64,000 bases of DNA from Candidatus Marinacidobacterales bacterium (GTDB lineage Bacteria > Acidobacteriota > Vicinamibacteria > Marinacidobacterales > DATDRI01), in NCBI GenBank assembly GCA_965219415.1, contig OZ244742.1, forward strand, positions 64,001-128,000, given 5' to 3'. Shown here in pieces: positions 50,977-59,422 of the stretch. The position numbers and the translations under genes are program-made. Under the pieces are notes generated by a model. The model searched no databases, was not told the DNA's origin, and was given only the letters and a program-made list of their open reading frames with translations. How positions within the stretch are numbered: the stretch's first letter is position 1; each line of letters opens with the position of its first letter.

Positions 50977-53262
50977 ATGGCGCTGGCCCGTGGTCAATCA
51001 CTCGGCCGACGCTTTACTCTAATCCGTCCTCTCGGTCAGGGAGGAATGGGCGAAGTCTGGCTAGTCGAGGATCACGCGCTCGAAGAGCAAGTAGTCGTTA
51101 AAGTGCTCCCGCCAGATGATTCGCTAGGCTATTCCGAAGAACGCGTGGCGCTTCTCAAACGCGAGTGCCGGAACGCCCGTCGACTCGTTCACCCGAACAT
51201 CGTGCGCGTTTACGACACGCACGAAGAAGAAGGCGTCCGGTTCATCTCCATGGCTTACGTCGAGGGGAAAGACATCGGTCAGCTTCGAGGCCATCCATTA
51301 GAAGACATTTTGGGCGCGGCCCTGCCGATTGCGCACGCTCTCGATTACGCGCACCGGCAAGGCGTCGTGCACCGCGATCTCAAAGCCGCCAACGTGTTGT
51401 TGGATCGGCACGGCGAGCCGCAACTTCTCGACTTCGGCGTGGCGGGGTTGCTCGACTCGCCGTCCGACCCCTCGGAGATTACCGGTGGTGGATCGCCCTC
51501 CAGCATGAGCCCACAGCAACGTGCCGGCGACGAGCCGATGCGCGCCGACGACATTTATGCCTTCGGCACCCTCCTTTATGATCTCTTGAGCGATCACCGG
51601 AAGCTGCCGGAGAATCTGACCTCGCTCTTGGCATCTTTGCTCAGCGAGGACGCTGCGGACCGCCCCAACGATATGGGCGAGGTCAAAGCAACGCTTGCGT
51701 CGATCAGGAAGTCGATCGTCGGGACAGCCGCTCAAATCGTCGAACCGAAGGTGCCTCCGAAAGTGAAGGTCACCCCGCCGCCACGCGTCGAGACCATTGG
51801 ACCGGTAGCCACCTCTGCGGCTTCGCCGATTCAACCGAGAGTATCCTCGGGCGGCGGCGTCGGATGGCTGACCATCGCCACATTCGGGGTTCTCCTTCTC
51901 GCGACTATCGCGGTCTTTGTCTTCCTCCCCCGTTGGGTACCGGACCGGTCACCGCCCAGTCAAACTAAACAGGGTGAGACATCGGCGGAGCGTCAAGAGG
52001 CTCGGCCTCCGGTTGTTTCCGACTTGCGGCAGGAAGCGGAGCTCAAGACACTCGCCGAACAAGCGCGCGAGACCGCCGTCCGCTGGCGCGATGAGCTCCA
52101 ATTCAAGAGCGTCTCGATTTGGGGCGGCGATGAGTACCCCACCGCGATGGCAGCGCTCGAAACGGGTGACGAACAACTCCGCGCTCGGAAATATGAACGC
52201 GCTCTCGAGGGGTACCAAGAGGCGGCCGCGGGTTTCCAGTCCCTGTCCTCTCGAGCCGTCGAGGTTCTAAGTGAAGCCTTGGCGCAAGGACAGCGGGCAC
52301 TCGACCGAGGTGACTCGGGCGCCGCCAGGGTCGCGTTCGAACTCGCCGCGAAGGTCGAACCGAACAATCGGGCCGCACTCGACGGCCTCAGGCGAGCGGG
52401 CGTCTCCAATGAGGTCGTCTCTTTGCTCGCACAGGGTGCGGAGCACGAGAGGAATGGCGATCTGGCTCGAGCGGCCGACACTTACAAGAGAGCGCTCTCC
52501 TTAGATTCTCGGTCCGAAACGGCCCGGGACGCATTGGGACGCGTCGAGCGAACGATGGTGGAAAGTGCGTTTCGAACAGCCATGTCGGAGGGCTTCTCCG
52601 CCATCAACCGTCAAGATTACCGAGCCGCGCGCGAAGCCTTCCAAAAGGCGGGCAGCATCAAGTGGGGCGCCGCCCAGGTCGCAAAAGCCATCGGCGAGGC
52701 GGAAGAGGGCCTGCGGCTTCAAGTCATAGCCCTTCATCGCCAGAACGCTGCGGAGCTAGAGTCGAAAGAAGAGTGGCACAAGGCGGCCGAGCACTATGAG
52801 GCCGTGCTCGAGTTGGATGCCACGATTCGTTTCGCTCAAGAGGGCAAGAAAAAGACCGACCGGCGGGCGGCACTTTCGGATCAACTAGACTTTCATTTCG
52901 AGAATGCGGGCCGCCTGTCCGACATCAAGGTGCTTCAAACCGCGTCGGCCATTCTCGATACCGCCTCGCAAATCGATCCCGCCGGACCGCGACTCGAACG
53001 ACAACGAGCGGCGCTCGTCAAGATCATCGACGACGCTTCGACGGTCACTCGCGTTCAACTCCAATCGGACGATAAGACCGAAGTGGTGGTCTACAAAGTC
53101 GGCCGCCTCGGCAGGTTCGAGCAACATAGCCTCGAGCTTCGTCCGGGCACTTACACAGTAGTTGGAAGCCGGCCAGGCTATCGCGATGTTCGCTTAAAAC
53201 TGATCGTCGAAGCGGGAAAATCACCTGCCCCACTCGTCATCCGCTGTAAGGAAGAAATTTGA
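50977..53262 (+). CDS. membrane Ser/Thr protein kinase with extracytoplasmic TPR-like region
   Basis: GQGGMGEV, VVVK, HRDLKAAN, DFG; TM WLTIATFGVLLLATIAVFVFL; helical repeats; C-terminal LRPGTYTVVGSRPGY (PEGA-like). Confidence 0.88.
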   Translation: MALARGQSLGRRFTLIRPLGQGGMGEVWLVEDHALEEQVVVKVLPPDDSLGYSEERVALLKRECRNARRLVHPNIVRVYDTHEEEGVRFISMAYVEGKDIGQLRGHPLEDILGAALPIAHALDYAHRQGVVHRDLKAANVLLDRHGEPQLLDFGVAGLLDSPSDPSEITGGGSPSSMSPQQRAGDEPMRADDIYAFGTLLYDLLSDHRKLPENLTSLLASLLSEDAADRPNDMGEVKATLASIRKSIVGTAAQIVEPKVPPKVKVTPPPRVETIGPVATSAASPIQPRVSSGGGVGWLTIATFGVLLLATIAVFVFLPRWVPDRSPPSQTKQGETSAERQEARPPVVSDLRQEAELKTLAEQARETAVRWRDELQFKSVSIWGGDEYPTAMAALETGDEQLRARKYERALEGYQEAAAGFQSLSSRAVEVLSEALAQGQRALDRGDSGAARVAFELAAKVEPNNRAALDGLRRAGVSNEVVSLLAQGAEHERNGDLARAADTYKRALSLDSRSETARDALGRVERTMVESAFRTAMSEGFSAINRQDYRAAREAFQKAGSIKWGAAQVAKAIGEAEEGLRLQVIALHRQNAAELESKEEWHKAAEHYEAVLELDATIRFAQEGKKKTDRRAALSDQLDFHFENAGRLSDIKVLQTASAILDTASQIDPAGPRLERQRAALVKIIDDASTVTRVQLQSDDKTEVVVYKVGRLGRFEQHSLELRPGTYTVVGSRPGYRDVRLKLIVEAGKSPAPLVIRCKEEI

Positions 53263-55667
53263 AGGTACCGGTCTACCTCGTCGATGAAAGCGGCACCCGC
53301 CGCCTGGAGCCTGACGAGTTTCCACTGGAGCTTCCCGGGAGGACCGGCGCCCAAACCGCAGCCCATATCGGATCTTCCGAGGGAGAGCTCTTCGTACAGC
53401 CGGCGAGCTCCGAGTTGCCTATCCTTTGCAACGGCACTCCACTGAAGACATCTCGGTGGCTACGGGATGGGGATGTCGTCCGGATCGGCAAGACGCAGGT
53501 CGTCGTGGAGCTCGGAAGCGAGGCAATTCACCTCCGCGTCGAGAAGTGGAAGGCGGAACAGAAAACCGATCCTCCGGTGCTCCCGCCGACCCAACGCGCC
53601 AGTCCCGGGATGTCCGATGTCTCCGGGACAGCCGTGAAGCCGATCACGTTCGAGCCAATCCTCGTTCGCCCCACGCGCCGGGAGCGAAGTCCCATCCGCA
53701 CGCGCGAGATAGTGCTATGGGTCTCTCTTGCTCTCTTGGCCGCGGTGGCTTATTTCGTCTTCACCGCGCGTTCGGTGCTGGTCGAGACCGAGCCCGCGGG
53801 AGCGCAAATCGAATTCCAAGGGACCTATTTCAAATTCGAGGTCGGCGGCCGACATCTACTCCGACAAGGTGAACACACCGTAGCCATCGAAAAGGAGGGC
53901 TATCGACGAGTCGAGACCAAGGTGACGGTCACCGATGAACGCAACCAACGCTGTCTCTTCGTCCTCGAGAAACGTCCCGGCATCCTCGTGCTATCGACGG
54001 TGCCGTCGGAAGGCGCGGTGGTGACGATAGACGGCGAAGAAATCGGCGTCACCCCGGTTGCGGAAATAGAGCTTTCCGCTGGAGAACACGAAGTGTTGGT
54101 CCGCGCCGAAAACCATAGAAATTTCTTGACGAACGTGAACATCGAAGGCGCGGGTACTACCGAGACGCTAGAGGTTGTGCTCGAGCCGCGCTGGGCCGAC
54201 GTCTCGTTCACGTCCCAGCCTCCGGGCGCAACGATTGAGGTCAGCGGCTTGAGGATCGGCAGTACGCCGTTCACGGCGAAACTCATGGAAGGCGCGCATG
54301 CCTTCACCATGAAGCTGAAAGGGCATAAGCCTTACCGGAGTCGAGTGGCAGTGGTCGCGGGTGAGGCGCAGACGCTTCCCACGGCTCGGCTCACCGTCGC
54401 GGATGGCCTGCTAATCGTCGAGAGCGACCCAACCGGCGCCACCGTGACCGTGGACGGCGTCTACGGCGGAGAGACACCGTTGACGGTCGACGTGAAGCCG
54501 GGCGTGATCCATGAGATCGAAGTGTCCCGAGTGGGCTACGAAACCGAGACGCAGCAGACCCGAGTCGAATCCGGGAGCGAGGAAACCTTGAGCATCGAGC
54601 TCGCACCTCTGCTCGGAGAATTGGCAGTGGTCAGCGACCCGCCGGATGCGGTGTTGTATGTGAATGGCGAGCAACGTGGCTCGGCCAATCAAACACTGAG
54701 CCTCGTCGCCCTGCCTCAAAAGATCGAAGTACGCAAGGAAGGCTATGAAGCCTTCGCCACCACGCTCACACCACGACCAGGCTTCCCGCAAACGATCGAG
54801 GTGATCCTGATGACGCTCGAAGAAGCAAAAGCGGCCTCGACGCCCGCCGTGATCACCACATCTGAAGGGCACCAGCTGCGTCTCATCCAGCCGGCGCGTT
54901 TCCGTATGGGAGCATCGAGACGTGAACCCGGGAGGCGGGCCAACGAGACCATCCGCGAGGTCGAGCTAACGCGGCGCTACTATCTTGCGGTGCAAGAAGT
55001 GACCAACCAACAGTTTCGTAGATTCGATTCGAAGCACCGTTCCGGACGCGTGGCGGGGTTGAACTTAGAGATCGACCACCATCCGGTGGTCCGTGTCACC
55101 TGGGTCGCCGCGGTACGGTACTGCAATTGGTTGAGCCAAAAGGAATCCTTACCTCCGGCCTACGCGACGAGTGGTGGGAAGCTCGTCGCCATGGTGCCGC
55201 CCACCGCGGGCTATCGGTTGCCGACAGAAGCCGAGTGGGTTCGCGTCGCGCGTTACCCGGAGGGTGAAGCGGGACGAAAGTACCCATGGGGCGACTCGCT
55301 GCCGGTGGCAGCCAACTCCGGCAACTATGCCGACGCCTCCGCACGCGGCTTGGTGCCGAAGACACTTCCACAGTACAACGACTCGTACCCCGCCACCGCT
55401 CCCGCAGAAGGCTTTGCGCCGAATCCGCTGGGGATTTTCAACTTGGGGGGAAACGTTGCGGAGTGGATGCACGACTTCTACACGATCGCTCCGTCCGGGG
55501 CGGGAGTAGAAAGCAACCCGCTGGGCCCCAAAGACGGCGAGCTCTATGCGATCCGTGGATCGAGCTGGATGGACGGCAGTGTTACCGAATTGCGCCTCAG
55601 CTATCGCGACTACGGCAACAAGCCTCGGCCCGATTTGGGCTTTAGAATAGCCCGGTACGCCGAATGA
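53259..55667 (+). CDS. FHA-like / TM / PEGA repeats / FGE-sulfatase (SUMF1)-fold protein
   Basis: NG....LRDGDVVRIG; TM; S.P.GA.V..DG...G.TP repeats; FRMG, EVTN, HPVVRVTW, RLPTEAEW, YPWG, GNVAEW, GFRIAR. Confidence 0.9.
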   Translation: MKVPVYLVDESGTRRLEPDEFPLELPGRTGAQTAAHIGSSEGELFVQPASSELPILCNGTPLKTSRWLRDGDVVRIGKTQVVVELGSEAIHLRVEKWKAEQKTDPPVLPPTQRASPGMSDVSGTAVKPITFEPILVRPTRRERSPIRTREIVLWVSLALLAAVAYFVFTARSVLVETEPAGAQIEFQGTYFKFEVGGRHLLRQGEHTVAIEKEGYRRVETKVTVTDERNQRCLFVLEKRPGILVLSTVPSEGAVVTIDGEEIGVTPVAEIELSAGEHEVLVRAENHRNFLTNVNIEGAGTTETLEVVLEPRWADVSFTSQPPGATIEVSGLRIGSTPFTAKLMEGAHAFTMKLKGHKPYRSRVAVVAGEAQTLPTARLTVADGLLIVESDPTGATVTVDGVYGGETPLTVDVKPGVIHEIEVSRVGYETETQQTRVESGSEETLSIELAPLLGELAVVSDPPDAVLYVNGEQRGSANQTLSLVALPQKIEVRKEGYEAFATTLTPRPGFPQTIEVILMTLEEAKAASTPAVITTSEGHQLRLIQPARFRMGASRREPGRRANETIREVELTRRYYLAVQEVTNQQFRRFDSKHRSGRVAGLNLEIDHHPVVRVTWVAAVRYCNWLSQKESLPPAYATSGGKLVAMVPPTAGYRLPTEAEWVRVARYPEGEAGRKYPWGDSLPVAANSGNYADASARGLVPKTLPQYNDSYPATAPAEGFAPNPLGIFNLGGNVAEWMHDFYTIAPSGAGVESNPLGPKDGELYAIRGSSWMDGSVTELRLSYRDYGNKPRPDLGFRIARYAE

Positions 55668-55700
55668 GACGATGGCACGTTGCAAACGTAAAGGTGCTAG

Positions 55701-55801
55701 GCGCGCGAACGGAGCCTTCGGCCGCTGCGCAGGGCGTACGCCCGAAGCGGCAGGCCGAGTCGCGAAGAGCGACGAGGCATTCAACAGAAGAGTGAGCGCG
55801 C
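55701..55801. repeat. REP/MITE-like palindromic element related to 1356-1440
   Basis: Shares GGAGCC.TC.GCC...GCG.AGGGCG and GCCGAGTC.CGAAG with the insertion at 1356; GCGCGC at both ends; hairpins GGGCGTACGCCC and GTCGCgaagaGCGAC. Confidence 0.6.
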
Positions 55802-55827
55802 ATCAATACAGGAGAAGGGGAGCCACG

Positions 55828-56088
55828 ATGAGATACTTGCTCTACTCGATTCTGGCCACCGCGATCGCGGGTGGTGCGGTGATGGGCACCCAGGGGTCAC
55901 CCGCCTCCAGTCAGGGGTCGGAAGCCAAAGACGCAAAAGAACCGCCCGATGCCAAACAGGCAGCGGAACCCTCTTCACGAGAGAAGGAGTCTCAAACGGA
56001 AGCACAGCAAGAAAAAGAGCTGGAGCCCTTTACCCCTTCAGAGAAGGTCCCCGTCGATAGCGCTATCTCGTTCCCAGTCGATATCTGA
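55828..56088 (+). CDS. small exported protein
   Basis: AGGGGAG RBS; signal-like N-terminus; disordered linker; C-terminus FTPSEKVPVDSAISFPVDI. Confidence 0.7.
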   Translation: MRYLLYSILATAIAGGAVMGTQGSPASSQGSEAKDAKEPPDAKQAAEPSSREKESQTEAQQEKELEPFTPSEKVPVDSAISFPVDI

Positions 56089-56102
56089 AAGGTGCTTGGC
56101 GA

Positions 56103-56900
56103 ATGAAGAAAGCATACCCAGTGGAGTTCGTGTTCCAGACGGTGTCGCTCATCGTCGCGATCATCATCGTCCATGCCATCTACGTTCTCGTCGTTCGTCC
56201 ACGAGCGGATTACATCCTGGCTGAACAACAGGCACTCATGGAGGCCGACGAAAACTATGTTCAGGAACGATCGGTCTTCGTGATCGTCCGCGACTTCGAG
56301 CAAGAATCTTGCTTTGTTTTGATGCTATGGGCGATGGCGATCATGTCGTACAAGGCGATGGACGCCGCACGCGAGAAACACCTGCTCGAGCTGGATTTGG
56401 TTCCGGTCGCGGAGGGGACCAAGATCTTGCCCGAAGATGCACGCGAGTATGCACGTCAGATCCAATCATTGCCGGATTCCCAACAACGCCTGCTGCTCCC
56501 ACGCGCCTTGCTTTCGGCGCTCGCCCGGTTCGGCGCCACGCGCAACATTCAAGACGTCTCAACCACGGCCCACGCCGTGGCCGAGGCGGAGTCGGAACGC
56601 TTGGACTCCGAGCTCTCGATGGTCCGCTACATCGCGTGGGCCATTCCGTCGATCGGATTCATAGGCACGGTCCGCGGTATCGGCGACGCCCTCGGACAGG
56701 CGCACAAGGCGGTTGAAGGTGACATCGCGGGTGTCACTCAAAGCCTGGGCGTCGCTTTCAATTCCACCTTTATCGCGCTCTTGATCAGCATCGTGCTCAT
56801 GTTTCTCCTGCACCAGCTGCAGCTCCAGCAGGAACGGCTGGTGGCCGACGCCGACACCTACCTCGACCATCACCTCATCCAACATCTTCAGGTTTCTTAG
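56103..56900 (+). CDS. MotA/TolQ/ExbB proton channel family protein
   Basis: IAWAIPSIGFIGTVRGI and LGVAFNSTFIAL match the ExbB/TolQ channel helices. Confidence 0.9.
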   Translation: MKKAYPVEFVFQTVSLIVAIIIVHAIYVLVVRPRADYILAEQQALMEADENYVQERSVFVIVRDFEQESCFVLMLWAMAIMSYKAMDAAREKHLLELDLVPVAEGTKILPEDAREYARQIQSLPDSQQRLLLPRALLSALARFGATRNIQDVSTTAHAVAEAESERLDSELSMVRYIAWAIPSIGFIGTVRGIGDALGQAHKAVEGDIAGVTQSLGVAFNSTFIALLISIVLMFLLHQLQLQQERLVADADTYLDHHLIQHLQVS

Positions 56901-56905
56901 CCGAG

Positions 56906-58348
56906 ATGAGTGTCTTAGCTATAGAGCTCAACGACACCGGGATCGAAGCGGTGCGTGATTCCGATCCGGAAGCCGAGGTCATTGCTGCCAGTCCTGGTGT
57001 CGTCGTGTTGGATGGAGAAACCCTACTCACCGGACGCAAGGCGGCGAGCCGCGCCCGGTTGAAGCCCCGGTGGGCCTACGACCGATTTTGGGAAGAGCTG
57101 GATACCACACCGCTTCCTCGGCCGTTTCCGACAACCCTGCGTCGAGCCGATCTCGCTCACGCCCATCTAGAAGAAGTTTGGGAATCCACTCGAGAGCGAG
57201 CCGATGACGTAATGTTGGCAATTCCCGGATCCTTTTCACATGAACAGCTGGGGCTCGTCTTAGGAATCGCCCGCGCGTGCGGCATGCCGGTCGCGGGGAT
57301 GATCGATTCTTCGGTCGCTTCGTCGACACTCGTCGGTCAAGAGTCCAGCTTGGCACCGGTAGCCGTTCACCTCGATCTGCATCTGCATCGAACCGTGGCG
57401 ACTAGAGTCGAGCGCAATCATGAAGTGAAGCGGGCACGGATCGAGGTAAACGACGGTGTCGGCCTAATGGAGCTGCTCGATGCTTGGGTGAGACTCATCG
57501 CTCAGGTTTTTGTCCGCACCACTCGCTTCGACCCTCTCCATGGAGGCAAGAGCGAGCAAGCTCTCTACCTTCGTCTGCCGGTGTGGCTCGACGAGCTTCG
57601 ACAGAAAGACGAAGCCACTCTCACCATGAAGGGCGCGGGGAAGAATCACTCCATCGAGATCACGCGCGAGCAGATCATTGCCTGCGCCCAACCCTTCTAC
57701 GAAGTCTTCGCACAGCTGGCGAAGGCGTTGGAACCCGCCGGCCATTCGGCAACGCTGCTACTGCCGAAACGAATGACTGAGCTTCCCGGGCTCGAGGGCT
57801 TCCTGAGACTCGCGAACCCCGACCTGGTGGCTCTTCCAGGCGCAGCCGGCGCCAAGGGTGCCCTGAAGCTGGTAGGACATTTCCGTTCCGACAGAACTGG
57901 GGAGGAGCTACCTTTCGTCACCCAAATTGCGCTGAGCAGTGCATCTCCAGGCGGCCCAGAGTCCGAGGGCGGGACAGCGGCCCCTCCCGTCGAGGCTCCA
58001 GACGAAGAATCCAAAGTGCCAACCCACGTTCTATTTGAGGGACTCGCGCACCCCATCACGTCGGACCCTTTGGTCATCGGGTTAGCCGTGCCGGACGGAA
58101 GTCACGGCATCGACTTGGCCGAGCGAGGCGGGTCTTCCGCCGGTATTTCACGTTCCCACTGCAGTATCTATCGTGTCGAGGAACGAGTCTTGCTGGAGGA
58201 TCACAGCAGCTACGGCTCCTTTCTCAACGACAAACGGATCGAAACGAAGGCGATTCTCGCAGCGAGAGATCGGGTGAGAATCGGCACTCCCGGTGTCGAG
58301 CTGCACCTGATCGCCGTGGTGGATTCCGATGACGCGCCGCAGGATTAA
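56906..58348 (+). CDS. degenerate Hsp70/actin-like fold protein with C-terminal FHA domain
   Basis: DnaK-like order of motifs (LAIELND; SPGVV; LAIPGSF..EQ; GMPVAGMID; HLDL); FHA GISRSHC...LEDHSSYGSFLN. Confidence 0.7.
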   Translation: MSVLAIELNDTGIEAVRDSDPEAEVIAASPGVVVLDGETLLTGRKAASRARLKPRWAYDRFWEELDTTPLPRPFPTTLRRADLAHAHLEEVWESTRERADDVMLAIPGSFSHEQLGLVLGIARACGMPVAGMIDSSVASSTLVGQESSLAPVAVHLDLHLHRTVATRVERNHEVKRARIEVNDGVGLMELLDAWVRLIAQVFVRTTRFDPLHGGKSEQALYLRLPVWLDELRQKDEATLTMKGAGKNHSIEITREQIIACAQPFYEVFAQLAKALEPAGHSATLLLPKRMTELPGLEGFLRLANPDLVALPGAAGAKGALKLVGHFRSDRTGEELPFVTQIALSSASPGGPESEGGTAAPPVEAPDEESKVPTHVLFEGLAHPITSDPLVIGLAVPDGSHGIDLAERGGSSAGISRSHCSIYRVEERVLLEDHSSYGSFLNDKRIETKAILAARDRVRIGTPGVELHLIAVVDSDDAPQD

Positions 58349-59420
58349 CGTACTGAGTCAGTCCTTCTTGGACGCCATGACCTGTGGCTTCGGTGCGGTG
58401 GTGCTGTTTTTCATGATCGTCAATGCCAGCTTCGGCAGGATCTCCGGGCGCATGACCGGGGAGCTCCAGGGCGAGGTCGACCGATTGGAAGAAGAAGTCC
58501 TCGAGGGCTACCAGAACCTCGTCGAGGTCAAGAACTCGCTTCGGGTGATCGAGGAGGAAACCGTCGTCACCGCCGGACTCTCTCGCCGCCTCATCGAAAC
58601 GCTCGAGGAGATCCGGGTCGAGCTTGCCACCTACCAAGACTCAACCGTCGCACAACGAGAGCACGTCAACCGTCTGAAAGCGGATTTGAAGTCTCTCGAG
58701 GAAGACGTCAAGCGACTGTCGGCGGCGGCTCCCAGCGAAGAGACTCCCGGCGATAAAATCCGGACGTTCGTCGGGGACGGAGATCGGCAATACCTCACTG
58801 GTCTCAAGGTGGGAGGCAGGCGGATTCTCTTCTTGGTGGATAGCTCCGCGAGCATGCTCGCCTCGACGATCGTCAACGTACTGCGACGCCGGAATCTGCC
58901 GGACCATGTCAAGATCCGCGCCGACAAGTGGCAACAAACGTTGGCCACCGCCGACTGGTTGACCACGCAGATTCCCCGCGAATCGAGCTTTCAGATCTAC
59001 ACTTTCAACACGCGTGTGAGCTCGGTGATCCCGGGCACGGACGGTGATTGGTTGGACGGCGGCGACCGAAAGGTACTCGACGACGCGGTGCAGCGTCTTC
59101 GCGGCGTGGTGCCGCAAGGCGGAACAAATCTGCATCAAGCACTTCAATCGATCCGGAACCTGCGGCCGGCGCCCGACAACATCATGTTGCTGCTGGACGG
59201 CCTCCCGACTCAGGGTCCAAAACCGTCCCGGCGGGGCACGATATCCGGTAAGGACCGCGTAAAGCTTTTCAACCAAGCGGTGAAAGAGATCCGATCGAAA
59301 GTACCGATGAACATCATCCTCTTCCCCATGGAGGGCGATCCGATGGCTGCTAGCGCCTACTGGAAGCTCGCTCTCGCAACCGGGGGCTCGTTCATGAGTC
59401 CTTCCCGGAACTGGCCGTAG
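58329..59420 (+). CDS. ExbD/TolR-like TM anchor, coiled coil and vWA domain protein
   Basis: SFLDAMTCGFGAVVLFFMI; MIDAS DSSAS, GGTN, LDGLP. Confidence 0.85.
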   Translation: MTRRRINVLSQSFLDAMTCGFGAVVLFFMIVNASFGRISGRMTGELQGEVDRLEEEVLEGYQNLVEVKNSLRVIEEETVVTAGLSRRLIETLEEIRVELATYQDSTVAQREHVNRLKADLKSLEEDVKRLSAAAPSEETPGDKIRTFVGDGDRQYLTGLKVGGRRILFLVDSSASMLASTIVNVLRRRNLPDHVKIRADKWQQTLATADWLTTQIPRESSFQIYTFNTRVSSVIPGTDGDWLDGGDRKVLDDAVQRLRGVVPQGGTNLHQALQSIRNLRPAPDNIMLLLDGLPTQGPKPSRRGTISGKDRVKLFNQAVKEIRSKVPMNIILFPMEGDPMAASAYWKLALATGGSFMSPSRNWP

Positions 59421-59422
59421 AG

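Noticed and set aside
54870-55667. FGE/CLec-fold C-terminus as a diversity-generating retroelement target
   Set aside because: No reverse transcriptase and no template repeat seen in the window
55672-55827. N-terminal extension of the small exported protein
   Set aside because: Translates the palindromic repeat; a better RBS and signal-like sequence start at 55828
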